A DNA stretch of 20,000 bases from an uncultured virus (IMG/VR IMGVR_UViG_3300032220_001209) (Duplodnaviria > Heunggongvirae > Uroviricota > Caudoviricetes). The notes beneath the pieces were generated by a model. The model saw only the letters and a list, made by a program, of their open reading frames with translations, was not told the DNA's origin and did no database searches. The stretch is from IMG/VR virus record IMGVR_UViG_3300032220_001209. The stretch is one strand, 5' to 3'. Positions 1 through 8,411 of the stretch are shown piece after piece (position 1 is the stretch's first letter; every line of letters begins with the position of its first letter). The translations under genes were made by a program, and so were the position numbers.

Positions 1-177
1 TATGATGCTATGGATTTAGGATGGAGTGTGAGTATGCCTGAATGGGATCAGGATGTCAAAGACATCAATGATGCTGTTATTAAATATGGTAGACTGCACA
101 CTTTATATTCAATAGTGAAGCATGCTGAAAATCAAGAACTAAAAATAAAACTGAGGATGAAAAAATGGCTGTCATAA
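1..177 (+). CDS. DNA primase, C-terminal fragment (5' truncated by window)
   Basis: Frame 1 reads YDAMDLGWSVSMPEWDQDVKDINDAVIKYGRL...KKWLS*. KDIND resembles the end of phage Toprim primases, and the ORF lies upstream of a DnaB-like helicase. Confidence 0.65.
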   Translation, partial: YDAMDLGWSVSMPEWDQDVKDINDAVIKYGRLHTLYSIVKHAENQELKIKLRMKKWLS

Positions 178-287
178 AAACAATATTAAGATTTATATTT
201 GCTCCTGTGATCAAATATTACCAATACAGACAATACAAAAAGAAAGTGAAAGAATTACAAAAGAGAGATCCTTTCATCTACAAATAA
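165..287 (+). CDS. Small basic phage protein (40 aa)
   Basis: MAVIKTILRFIFAPVIKYYQYRQYKKKVKELQKRDPFIYK. It overlaps the primase stop and ends 1 nt before the next ATG, consistent with translational coupling. Confidence 0.65.
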   Translation: MAVIKTILRFIFAPVIKYYQYRQYKKKVKELQKRDPFIYK

Positions 288-288
288 A

Positions 289-1284
289 ATGATAATTTGG
301 GGAATCACTGCTAACAATCACGATGCTAGTATTGCCGTTTTTGAATACAAAGTAGCAGGATTAACCAACAATAAAAAACTTAAATTACTTTGGGCTGGTT
401 TAACCAGAGATTTTTCTGATGTGCCCAATGATCCGGATCTTAATAGAAGAATCATTGAGTTTTTAAAAAATCAATTTGGCACTCCTACAGAGATAGTATT
501 TTATGAAAAACCTATTTTAAAAAGTTTAAGACAACTGTGGGCTGGTCAAGGATTCAAGTTTGGAGAAAACAATATTAAAAACTATTTGAAAAAATACGGT
601 TTGAATGTGCCTATCAAATACACCAAACATCACGAAAGTCATGCTGCCTATGGATATTACACCAGCGGATTAAAAAATGCTGTGATCATTGTGTTGGACA
701 GTATAGGAGAATTTGAAACCATTAGTATTTGGTCTGGTTTGGGAAATAAAATTCAAAAAAGATATTCTCAATCATATCCTCACAGTGTGGGATTATTTTA
801 CAGTGCTATGGCACAACGATGTGGTTTTCAAGCCAATGCTGAAGAAAACAAATTGGAACAATTGGCCAAACAAGGAGATTGGAAAGTATTATACAATTTG
901 TTCAACGAAGAACTAATCAAAAACAGAATGCCGTTTGAAACTCACATTAATTTACATCGTGGATGTCGTTGGTGGAGACCAGAATTAAATTCTGAAAATG
1001 ATATTGCTAATATTGCTGCTACCACCCAAAAAATATTTGAAGAAGTTATTTTGGAACATTGCAGTTGGGCTAGAATGTTTGTCCAAAGTAGAAATTTAAT
1101 TTTGGTTGGTGGATGTGCTTTGAATCGAACGGCCACAGATAAAATCAAAAATTTATGGAACAGTTTTTGGGTGCCAAAAAATCCAGGTGATCCAGGATCA
1201 TGTGTGGGTGCTGTGCTTGCCCGATATGAGAAACACATTGACTTTAATGAAAAATTATGGTATAATAAGAGTTGGAAATTTTAA
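289..1284 (+). CDS. Carbamoyltransferase (NodU/CmcH family), N-terminal Kae1-like domain only
   Basis: Motifs HDAS, HHESHAAYGYY, DSIGE, SVGLFYS, GGCALN and PGDPGSCVGA. The protein ends where the C-terminal domain would begin. Confidence 0.85.
   Translation: MIIWGITANNHDASIAVFEYKVAGLTNNKKLKLLWAGLTRDFSDVPNDPDLNRRIIEFLKNQFGTPTEIVFYEKPILKSLRQLWAGQGFKFGENNIKNYLKKYGLNVPIKYTKHHESHAAYGYYTSGLKNAVIIVLDSIGEFETISIWSGLGNKIQKRYSQSYPHSVGLFYSAMAQRCGFQANAEENKLEQLAKQGDWKVLYNLFNEELIKNRMPFETHINLHRGCRWWRPELNSENDIANIAATTQKIFEEVILEHCSWARMFVQSRNLILVGGCALNRTATDKIKNLWNSFWVPKNPGDPGSCVGAVLARYEKHIDFNEKLWYNKSWKF
1238..1266 (+). promoter_or_regulatory. Sigma70-type promoter for the helicase
   Basis: TTGACT (1238-1243), 17 nt spacer, TATAAT (1261-1266) with a TG extension, 20 nt upstream of ATG 1287. 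Confidence 0.65.
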
Positions 1285-1286
1285 AT

Positions 1287-2735
1287 ATGCCTGACGATAT
1301 TAAACAAAACACAGACTATGGATATGATATACAGAAAGTATATCTAGAAATGATGCTGAGTGATGCACAAACATTTGTGCGTTGTCAAAACATATTTGAT
1401 CACACTCTGTTTGATCGCAGACTTCAAACAGCAGCAGAATTCATTTACAATTATGTGAGCAAGTATAATGCATTGCCCACAGAAGAAATGGTAAATTCCA
1501 GTTGCAAAACTGAATTAAAAGTTCCCAGCAATCTTAATGAACAACACTTTGATTGGTTGTTGGATGATTTTGAAACATTTATTAGACACAAAGGATTAGA
1601 ACGTGCTATATTAAAATCAGCAGACATGTTGGAAAAAGGTGAATATGGTCCTGTGGAGGATTTGGTTAAGAAAGCAGTGCAAGTAGGATTGAACAAAGAC
1701 TTAGGAATCAACTATTGGGAAGATCCCAAAGGTAGATTAAAATCACTCAAAGATAACAATGGTCAGGTCAGCACTGGTTGGAAAACATTGGATAAGAAAT
1801 TGTTTGGTGGATTCAACAGAGGTGAGTTGAATATATTTGCTGGAGGATCAGGAGCAGGTAAATCTTTATTCTTAGCCAACCTAGGTTGTAACTGGGCATT
1901 GTCTGGATTGAATGTGCTGTATTTAACTTTTGAATTGGGAGAAGGATTGGTAGCAATGAGATTGGACAGTATGATGACCAATATACCTTCTAGAGAAATT
2001 TTTAAAGATTTGGATGGTGTGGAAATGAAAGTTAAATTGTTAGGTAAAAAGTCTGGCAGTTTTCAAATCAAATACATGTCTAGTGGTAAGAATGCCAACG
2101 ATATTAGAAGTTATATCAAAGAATTTGAAATTAAAAACAATAAAAAATTTGATGTGATATTGGTGGATTATTTGGATCTTATGATGCCAATCAGTAGAAA
2201 AGTTAGCCCCAGTGATTTGTTTGTTAAAGATAAATTTGTATCGGAAGAATTGAGAAATTTGTCCATGGACTTACAAACTATATTTGTAACAGCTTCTCAA
2301 TTGAACAGAGGTGCTGTGGAAGAGATTGAATTTGATCATTCACACATAGCTGGTGGATTATCCAAAATACAAACAGCAGACAATGTGTTTGGTATATTCA
2401 CATCCAGAGCAATGAGAGAACGTGGTAGATATCAAATACAATTGATGAAAACTAGATCATCCAGCGGTGTAGGTCAAAAGATTGATTTAGAATTTGATCT
2501 TGATTCTTTAAGAATTAGAGACTTGCCAGAAGACGAAGAATATAAAGAATTTGACAATAGAAAATCCAAAATATTTGACACATTAAAAAAGACCAGCACA
2601 GTGACAGATGAAATTCAATCTGAATCAATGCCTGTAGATCCCACACAAGGAGTTAATATCACTAAAACCAAAGTGGAAGCAGACTCTACCAAACTGAGAC
2701 AATTTCTAAATAATTTAGGACAAGACAAAGAATAA
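1287..2735 (+). CDS. Replicative DNA helicase, DnaB/T4 gp41-like (SF4)
   Basis: Walker A GGSGAGKS, Walker B VILVDYLD, ASQLNR and MKTRSS motifs. ATG 1287 is preferred over the TTG at 1272. Confidence 0.93.
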   Translation: MPDDIKQNTDYGYDIQKVYLEMMLSDAQTFVRCQNIFDHTLFDRRLQTAAEFIYNYVSKYNALPTEEMVNSSCKTELKVPSNLNEQHFDWLLDDFETFIRHKGLERAILKSADMLEKGEYGPVEDLVKKAVQVGLNKDLGINYWEDPKGRLKSLKDNNGQVSTGWKTLDKKLFGGFNRGELNIFAGGSGAGKSLFLANLGCNWALSGLNVLYLTFELGEGLVAMRLDSMMTNIPSREIFKDLDGVEMKVKLLGKKSGSFQIKYMSSGKNANDIRSYIKEFEIKNNKKFDVILVDYLDLMMPISRKVSPSDLFVKDKFVSEELRNLSMDLQTIFVTASQLNRGAVEEIEFDHSHIAGGLSKIQTADNVFGIFTSRAMRERGRYQIQLMKTRSSSGVGQKIDLEFDLDSLRIRDLPEDEEYKEFDNRKSKIFDTLKKTSTVTDEIQSESMPVDPTQGVNITKTKVEADSTKLRQFLNNLGQDKE

Positions 2736-2738
2736 TAC

Positions 2739-2763
2739 CTGCGCAGAAGTTGAATCTGCGCAG
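2739..2763. terminator. Inverted repeat between convergent genes (putative terminator hairpin)
   Basis: CTGCGCAGA-agttgaa-TCTGCGCAG forms a perfect 9-bp stem just after the helicase stop. There is no clear U-tract. Confidence 0.45.
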
Positions 2764-2817
2764 ATATTGATGGCTGACTTCAGAATGAAGCAGACATTGA
2801 TTGATGTTGGGTTTATA

Positions 2818-2931
2818 TTATTTGTTGATTACAACTTTTTTTACAATCACCTTAACACTTACTACCTTGCTGGAAATAAATTGTTTGATTGTGTCAATCA
2901 CCCCTGTGATTGTATTGATGATAGCCTTCAT
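2818..2931 (-). CDS. Small amphipathic/basic peptide (37 aa)
   Basis: MKAIINTITGVIDTIKQFISSKVVSVKVIVKKVVINK, preceded by the SD-like AAGGGAGA and a TATAAATA box at 2985-2992 on the minus strand. Confidence 0.6.
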   Translation of the reverse strand: MKAIINTITGVIDTIKQFISSKVVSVKVIVKKVVINK

Positions 2932-2984
2932 AGCCTATTCTCCCTTGTTTGAGTTAAGACATCATTCTGTGAATGATGACTAGA

Positions 2985-2992
2985 TATTTATA
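2985..2992 (-). promoter_or_regulatory. T4-type late promoter TATAAATA
   Basis: Exact TATAAATA on the minus strand, ~55 nt upstream of the 37-aa ORF. Confidence 0.55.
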
Positions 2993-3108
2993 AATCAGAA
3001 TGTAAATGTAAAACGCTCTTAGATTAAATTGCACGCAGTGCCAGCGCAGAAAAAACTGCAGTTAATTTACTTGCCGCTCGACGGCATGCAGCACGATTTT
3101 TTTTTGAT

Positions 3109-3648
3109 TTAAACTACTGTGTAATTGTATGTGATCACAATGCGCTTCTCATTCTCTATGGGAGACTGACTGCTGTGAAAATGTGTGCCGTCAAAAGAGT
3201 GCCAACTGTTGGCCACTGGTGACACAGATTCCATCACAGTGTATTTGGCAGATTCACTGCGCTCGTTGTAGATCAATGTGTCACCATCTGAATCCACCAC
3301 ATAGAACAGTCCGGTTCGGTGTGGACGTCCATCATCTATGTGTGGGTCATGTGTGACGCGATAGGGAGTGCGTGTGACCATGCCCAAACGTATGCGATAC
3401 AATTGATTCAACTGTTGACCTTCTGCATCCAGTGCAGCACTCAGCACAGCAAAAGCAGTGTCGAACAGATTGCTCACAGGTCCTGAATCATCTTTGAAAA
3501 TCAAATGGCTGAAACTGCCCACGTATTCACCTTTGTCGGTGGGCAGAGCTGTGTGACTGAGATAGTACCAATTCACTGAAGGACCTGCCAACTGTTGCTG
3601 AGTCAATTTCAAAAAGTTTGGTCCCAATACATTGATCAAATGCGCCAT
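3109..3648 (-). CDS. 2OG-Fe(II) oxygenase superfamily protein
   Basis: HxD (PHIDD), GDTLIY, distal His (FDGTHFHSSQSP) and terminal RIVITYNY. Confidence 0.75.
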   Translation of the reverse strand: MAHLINVLGPNFLKLTQQQLAGPSVNWYYLSHTALPTDKGEYVGSFSHLIFKDDSGPVSNLFDTAFAVLSAALDAEGQQLNQLYRIRLGMVTRTPYRVTHDPHIDDGRPHRTGLFYVVDSDGDTLIYNERSESAKYTVMESVSPVANSWHSFDGTHFHSSQSPIENEKRIVITYNYTVV

Positions 3649-3752
3649 GCAAATACTTATGGTTTTGGGTGGTTCACTCTGATATTTTTGACTGTGTGTG
3701 CAAAGGAGTGTGCTGTGGCATAGACCCCTTTAAAAAGACGTCTGTGTGGGAA

Positions 3753-4688
3753 TTACTGGGTGTTTTTTGGGGGGTTTTGGGTGGTGTGTGCCCACAGTTT
3801 TTGCACCACTTGATTCACACATGTTTTCCAATCTTTCACTGCGGATTCTGCATCTGCCTGCCACCAAATATCTTGATCCCACCAGCCTGCTTGTATTCTC
3901 ACTGTGTGATTGTTCACCTGAGCCACCACTCCTGCTGCTGTGTCACAATCGCCATTGATGCCAGCCAACACTGCTCGCTCACACCACAACTCCACTGTCT
4001 CTTTGGGCAGCAGCAGTGGTTGCCATAAATCCCAACTTCTTTGATCTCGCTCTCTGATTTGAACCACCACACAACCAGCACCTGCTGCTGGCAGCATCAG
4101 TTGAGGATCCAAACACCAGTGTTGACCACTCCAAGTGGGATGATTCCAATTGTTCACAGTGTCCAACAGATGCAATCTCTGCACAGCACACTCCGCCATG
4201 ATGATGGCAGAATATTCGCCATTGATTAATTTTTTTAATCGTGTGCCAATGTTGCCTCTCAATGTGACCACATCCACGTCTGGTCGCAACAATTTGAATT
4301 GTGCAGCACGACGAGCACTGCTGGTACCCACTCTGCTGTAACTGGGAATTTGTGAGATGTGACCGTATGCACTCAACACACAATCTCTGCGATCACCTCT
4401 CTGCCACACACAGCCCAACAGTGTGGTGCCTGGTTCAATTTGCGTGGGCACATCTTTGGCACTGTGAACCACACAGTCCACTTCACCTGCCAACAGTGCT
4501 TGTTCTAACTCTCTGCAGAATGCACCTTTGCCTCCCACTTCACTCAAGGGTCGATCCAGCACACGATCTCCGGTGCTGATAATCTGACGAATTGATGTGG
4601 GAATTTGTAAACCTTGCAAGGCCCACTGTGTTTGCACCATGGCCAGGTCTGACTGACGACTGCCCACAGTGTACACAGAATTTTTCAT
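3753..4688 (-). CDS. hemC: Porphobilinogen deaminase (hydroxymethylbilane synthase)
   Basis: GSRQSDLAMVQT, TGDRVLDRPL, GGKGAFCRELEQALL, VHSAKDVP, GTSSARR, LRGNIGTRLKKL, and the cofactor Cys in ERAVLAGINGDCDT. Confidence 0.92.
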   Translation of the reverse strand: MKNSVYTVGSRQSDLAMVQTQWALQGLQIPTSIRQIISTGDRVLDRPLSEVGGKGAFCRELEQALLAGEVDCVVHSAKDVPTQIEPGTTLLGCVWQRGDRRDCVLSAYGHISQIPSYSRVGTSSARRAAQFKLLRPDVDVVTLRGNIGTRLKKLINGEYSAIIMAECAVQRLHLLDTVNNWNHPTWSGQHWCLDPQLMLPAAGAGCVVVQIRERDQRSWDLWQPLLLPKETVELWCERAVLAGINGDCDTAAGVVAQVNNHTVRIQAGWWDQDIWWQADAESAVKDWKTCVNQVVQKLWAHTTQNPPKNTQ

Positions 4689-4694
4689 GATAGA

Positions 4695-4949
4695 TTAACG
4701 TCTACCCAACTTGCCTTTTTTCTTAGGTTTTTTATCCAATCCTAATTTTCTTTTGCGACCAATAGGCAAACTCATCCAGTAGCTCATGGGTTCACCACGT
4801 TTGGTCTGATAGGTTACTTGAACATCAGGCACTTTGACTTTGGCTTGAAATTGTTTCACTGCTCTCTTCCAACTGGTAGCATCGATGGAATCTTTTTTGA
4901 CTGAACCTTCTTCAAGGTAATCAAATTGATATGTTTTCATTTTTGGCAT
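4695..4949 (-). CDS. Small basic hypothetical protein (84 aa)
   Basis: AAAGGA SD and upstream TAAATA (4972-4977). Lys/Arg-rich C-terminus, directly upstream of hemC. Confidence 0.7.
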   Translation of the reverse strand: MPKMKTYQFDYLEEGSVKKDSIDATSWKRAVKQFQAKVKVPDVQVTYQTKRGEPMSYWMSLPIGRKRKLGLDKKPKKKGKLGRR

Positions 4950-5020
4950 TATTGAATCCTTTGTTTTTGAATATTTATGTATTATATTTTACACTAATTA
5001 AAATTTGATAAGTACAAGTG

Positions 5021-5491
5021 ATGGCTATTTTATATCAATTACGCTGCTCTAATCAACATCAATTTGAAGGTTGGTTTCCCAGCATAGCACAATTTGACAC
5101 ACAAAAAGAAAAAGGACAATTGCAATGTCCCATGTGCGGTATCAAAGAAGTGGATCGTGCCATCATGGCTCCTATGTTGGGTAAAAATAAAAAAACCAAA
5201 ACCAAAAAACTCACACGTCAAGAACGCTTGGATGCATTAAAAGATCAAGTGCAGTCTCCCACAGAAATGATGATGGGCACTCGAGTCAAAGAAATGATGC
5301 GTACCATACGTGATCATGTCAAACGTGAATATGAATTTGTGGGTGATCGCTTTGTGAAAGAAGTTAAAAAATACGAACATGGTGAACGTGATGATCGTTT
5401 TTATGGAACTCCTAGCGAGGAAGAAGCACGCAAATTGATAGAAGAAGGTGTGGATCTGTTTGTGGTGCCTGATGTTAAGGACGATGCCTAA
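5021..5491 (+). CDS. DUF1178 family protein (Zn-ribbon)
   Basis: YQLRCSNQHQFEGWF, CPMCG..VDRAIMAP, VGDRF..E, YGTPSEEEARKLIEEG. Confidence 0.85.
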   Translation: MAILYQLRCSNQHQFEGWFPSIAQFDTQKEKGQLQCPMCGIKEVDRAIMAPMLGKNKKTKTKKLTRQERLDALKDQVQSPTEMMMGTRVKEMMRTIRDHVKREYEFVGDRFVKEVKKYEHGERDDRFYGTPSEEEARKLIEEGVDLFVVPDVKDDA

Positions 5492-5550
5492 ACACATTAA
5501 GTGCAAATATAATAAATTTTTTAAGTGATCTATTCACGATAAATAATTGC

Positions 5551-5742
5551 ATGCACACACACGGATACAACGATAAAATTGGGCCCAACGCTGGCAATTT
5601 CCAAGAATACACCTACGAATTGGAATGGATAGAATGTGTGTGGAACAACACCTATCAGATCACAGACATGGTCACTGCCTACTGGTATCCATGGATACGC
5701 AATGCTGTGCTGGAGTCAATACCTCACACCAATTTAAATTAA
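5551..5742 (+). CDS. Hypothetical protein (63 aa)
   Basis: ORF with TAAATA at 5540-5545 just upstream, tightly packed with the next ORF. Confidence 0.55.
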   Translation: MHTHGYNDKIGPNAGNFQEYTYELEWIECVWNNTYQITDMVTAYWYPWIRNAVLESIPHTNLN

Positions 5743-5745
5743 TTT

Positions 5746-5886
5746 ATGATAGAATGTGTTTGTTCTAAGTGCTTTTGTGAACACCATTGTGAACAAGATT
5801 GTGCTGAATGTCAAAGATGTGACACATGTGATTGTGAACACTGTGAAAAAGATAAAGAAAACAAATCAGACATCTATCTAACCTAA
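5746..5886 (+). CDS. Cys/His-rich metallothionein-like peptide (46 aa)
   Basis: MIECVCSKCFCEHHCEQDCAECQRCDTCDCEHCEKDKENKSDIYLT has 11 Cys and 3 His. It fills the gap between ORFs ending at 5742 and starting at 5888. Confidence 0.7.
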   Translation: MIECVCSKCFCEHHCEQDCAECQRCDTCDCEHCEKDKENKSDIYLT

Positions 5887-5887
5887 A

Positions 5888-6310
5888 ATGAAAATATCTG
5901 AATTCATATCTGAGGGTGCTGGTTTATCGGGATTTTTTAAAGACGAAGAACTGAAAGCATGGAATTTTCCTCAAGGATATGCTTCTGACGAAGACGTAAA
6001 AGGTCCTTATTTGAGCAATAGCACTGCTAGAGAAGTTTTGACTGTGTTGGGAATGAATCCAGATTTTGAAAATTCTGAACCTGTTAAAATAGAAGTTTTT
6101 ATCAATCTTGCCACTCAATGGTTACAAAAACACATTGGCAAACCCAGCACAACCAAAACTGCTACTGTGAATAAAACAGACACAGGAGCCACTGTGTATG
6201 ACATGGGTAAACCTCAAGGTCGTCTCAATGATTTAATATTACAATTAAGTCAACAAGCAAGAAAGATCAAACAAAAATATCCCAGTATCACTCACGTGGC
6301 ATTCGTTTAA
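5888..6310 (+). CDS. Hypothetical protein (140 aa)
   Basis: Intact ORF 1 nt after the upstream stop, with N-terminus MKISEFISE. Confidence 0.7.
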   Translation: MKISEFISEGAGLSGFFKDEELKAWNFPQGYASDEDVKGPYLSNSTAREVLTVLGMNPDFENSEPVKIEVFINLATQWLQKHIGKPSTTKTATVNKTDTGATVYDMGKPQGRLNDLILQLSQQARKIKQKYPSITHVAFV

Positions 6311-6319
6311 TATTTTTTA

Positions 6320-6490
6320 TTATCTATTTTTTAATTTTTTAACAAGTTCTATTTTTTCTTCTGGAGTCATTAGGAACCAGTTGTTGATTTCTTCTGCTGT
6401 TCGTGAGCAGCCCATGCACAATCCACTGTCCGAATCTATGGTGCATATCTGAATGCAAGGATCTATCACCTGCTCGTGTTTCTTTTCCAT
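6320..6490 (-). CDS. DUF1289 family Cys-rich protein (56 aa)
   Basis: PCIQICTIDSDSGLCMGCSRTAEEINNW matches the DUF1289 pattern. ATG 6490 avoids overlap with the upstream gene. Confidence 0.8.
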   Translation of the reverse strand: MEKKHEQVIDPCIQICTIDSDSGLCMGCSRTAEEINNWFLMTPEEKIELVKKLKNR

Positions 6491-6506
6491 GCTGTTATTT
6501 AATGTT

Positions 6507-7568
6507 TTATTTGTCGGCGGGTATGTGTGGCAGCACAAATTGTATGCCCAGCCAACGGAAGTTTTTTGGACTGTCAGCAAAACTACAATTAATTCTCGCA
6601 GTTCTTACTTTGTAAGGATTCAATGGCTCAATAACTATTTTAGTTTCTGTTATAAACCTAATAGGCACTGTGGGCCAGCTGTCTCCATCGTTGGTGGTAC
6701 ACACTATATTTTTTAAATTTTTTAATCCTGGTACAAACTCTATCTCCAACTGTGGAGGATTTTTGAATTCTGTGATTTTTTTATCTGCAGGTAAAAATTC
6801 CTTGTAAGGCATAGGTAGTGTGTTCAACACCATTTCAAATCGTTCGGCTTTGCCCCAATTCTCATTGATGGGAAATCGTGGCAGCTCAAACCGATCTTTG
6901 CGACTGTCCACCACTCCTGAATGCTGTCCAAATGCCAATCTGAATCCCATGTCTTTGACCAGTTCTTTGAATTCTAGGCTGTATTCTCCAAATGGGTATG
7001 AGAAGTATTCAGGTATGGAACCCAACTCTCTCATGAAATCTTGCGACGCTCTTTCCATGTCCTTGCGCAGTGTGTCTTGATCCCAACCCACCATGTAGTC
7101 GTGACTGTAAGAGTGATGTCCTATCACTCCCAAACCTGACTCGTGTATCTCTCGAATTTGAGTCCAGGACATGTAATTACGATTCTTGGAATTGATCTCT
7201 CTAGTATTGATGAACAGCACAAAAGGTATACCTTCTTTTTTTAAGATAGGCCATGCATGTCGATAAAAACTGGCCCAGGCATCATCCACAGTTAATAGCA
7301 CTCTTTTATTGTACAGTTCTCTGTGCCCATGCATGTAGTCATCAAACTCTTCTATGGAGATAAAGTCCAGATTCATCTTGCGTATCATCTTGATCTGCTT
7401 TTCAAACTCTTTGACTTTAACATTGGTTGAGGGATATTTGTTTTCGTCAAACTTGTGATACATCAAACCGATCACGCCGGGTTCTTGATGAGGCTGCATG
7501 GAAAAAGTTGGAACCGTAAACGAAAGTATTAATAATAAGGAAATAATTAATTTGTTAAATTGGGCCAT
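6507..7568 (-). CDS. Exported polysaccharide deacetylase (CE4/NodB, IcaB/PgaB-like)
   Basis: Signal peptide, LMYH, LTVDD, GHHSYSH, FSYPFGE and LPRFPI motifs. Confidence 0.88.
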   Translation of the reverse strand: MAQFNKLIISLLLILSFTVPTFSMQPHQEPGVIGLMYHKFDENKYPSTNVKVKEFEKQIKMIRKMNLDFISIEEFDDYMHGHRELYNKRVLLTVDDAWASFYRHAWPILKKEGIPFVLFINTREINSKNRNYMSWTQIREIHESGLGVIGHHSYSHDYMVGWDQDTLRKDMERASQDFMRELGSIPEYFSYPFGEYSLEFKELVKDMGFRLAFGQHSGVVDSRKDRFELPRFPINENWGKAERFEMVLNTLPMPYKEFLPADKKITEFKNPPQLEIEFVPGLKNLKNIVCTTNDGDSWPTVPIRFITETKIVIEPLNPYKVRTARINCSFADSPKNFRWLGIQFVLPHIPADK

Positions 7569-8323
7569 TTTTTAAGATCTAGAGTTTTTTCCACTTGACT
7601 TTTGGCTTTGGGAAGTTTGGGCATAAAATTGATGCCAGTGGATTTTTCAACAGTTTCCACTGTGGTGGCGTAGTTGGGTAAATCTGCTACAGGTAATGCA
7701 GCATTGGGAAATAAAAATGCGATTGCTTTGCCTTCCTGACGGTCCACAATTACTTTCCATAGATGTGTGGGTACTCCTACTTTGTTGTCACCAATGGTGA
7801 GATGTCCGGATTGATAAATGGTACCACTGATCACATAGATATCCATGTTGTGATCCACCACCCAATCTCTCACATATTCTTCCAATTGTTTCCAAATGCC
7901 TCTGTTGTGATTGGGCACTTGTGGAACCATGTTGGATAAAAAGAAACTTTCACTCATCACTTGGTCATTTTGTGTATTATTGCCAGCCGGAGCCAGATGT
8001 CCTCTGTCGTAAGGATGTCCAGCATAATCTTTCAATGTAGCATTGTATTGGGCAGGTATTGCAGGGTCTGGTCTAAAATCATCTTTGCGTTTGGCAGGAC
8101 CTGTGGTGTTTTCTTTGGTCACATGCTCTACCACATATTCCGCTGTGCGAGTGTCATATCTGTAATGAATAGCATAATTGATCTTGCAGATATACTGAGT
8201 ATTCTGTTTGATCTTACTCACAGGTGCGCCTAACAGCACGTGTTGAGGACATTGGTCGTCGATGGGATTGGCCCAAACTCCTGTGATTGATAAAATTAAA
8301 ATTAATAATATTTTATAGTACAT
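7547..8323 (-). CDS. Exported DNA/RNA non-specific endonuclease (NucA/EndoG family)
   Basis: Signal peptide, YDRGHLAPA, SFFLSNMVPQ..NRGIWKQLE and VPTHLWKV. Confidence 0.92.
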   Translation of the reverse strand: MYYKILLILILSITGVWANPIDDQCPQHVLLGAPVSKIKQNTQYICKINYAIHYRYDTRTAEYVVEHVTKENTTGPAKRKDDFRPDPAIPAQYNATLKDYAGHPYDRGHLAPAGNNTQNDQVMSESFFLSNMVPQVPNHNRGIWKQLEEYVRDWVVDHNMDIYVISGTIYQSGHLTIGDNKVGVPTHLWKVIVDRQEGKAIAFLFPNAALPVADLPNYATTVETVEKSTGINFMPKLPKAKSQVEKTLDLKKWPNLTN

Positions 8324-8363
8324 ATTGAATGTACTTATATTATACTATATTATGTGTGTTTGG

Positions 8364-8400
8364 AAAAGGCTTCACAGTGCCAAAAAAGCACTGTGAGCCC
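8364..8400 (-). terminator. Rho-independent terminator after the acidic-protein gene
   Basis: Minus strand reads GGGCTCACAGTGC-TTTTTTG-GCACTGTGAAGCC-TTTT, just downstream of the stop at 8412. Confidence 0.65.
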
Positions 8401-8411
8401 AGGAATCAAAT

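Noticed and set aside
2767..2983. Plus-strand ORFs 2767-2952 and 2801-2983
   Set aside because: They are antisense to the 37-aa minus-strand ORF, which has an SD and a late promoter, and they lack translation signals of their own.
3721..3731. 11-mer TAGACCCCTTT also present at 18036-18046
   Set aside because: The match is short with no extended similarity, so chance cannot be excluded.
3669..4579. Several overlapping ORFs within hemC
   Set aside because: They are shadow frames of a gene with clear HemC motifs.
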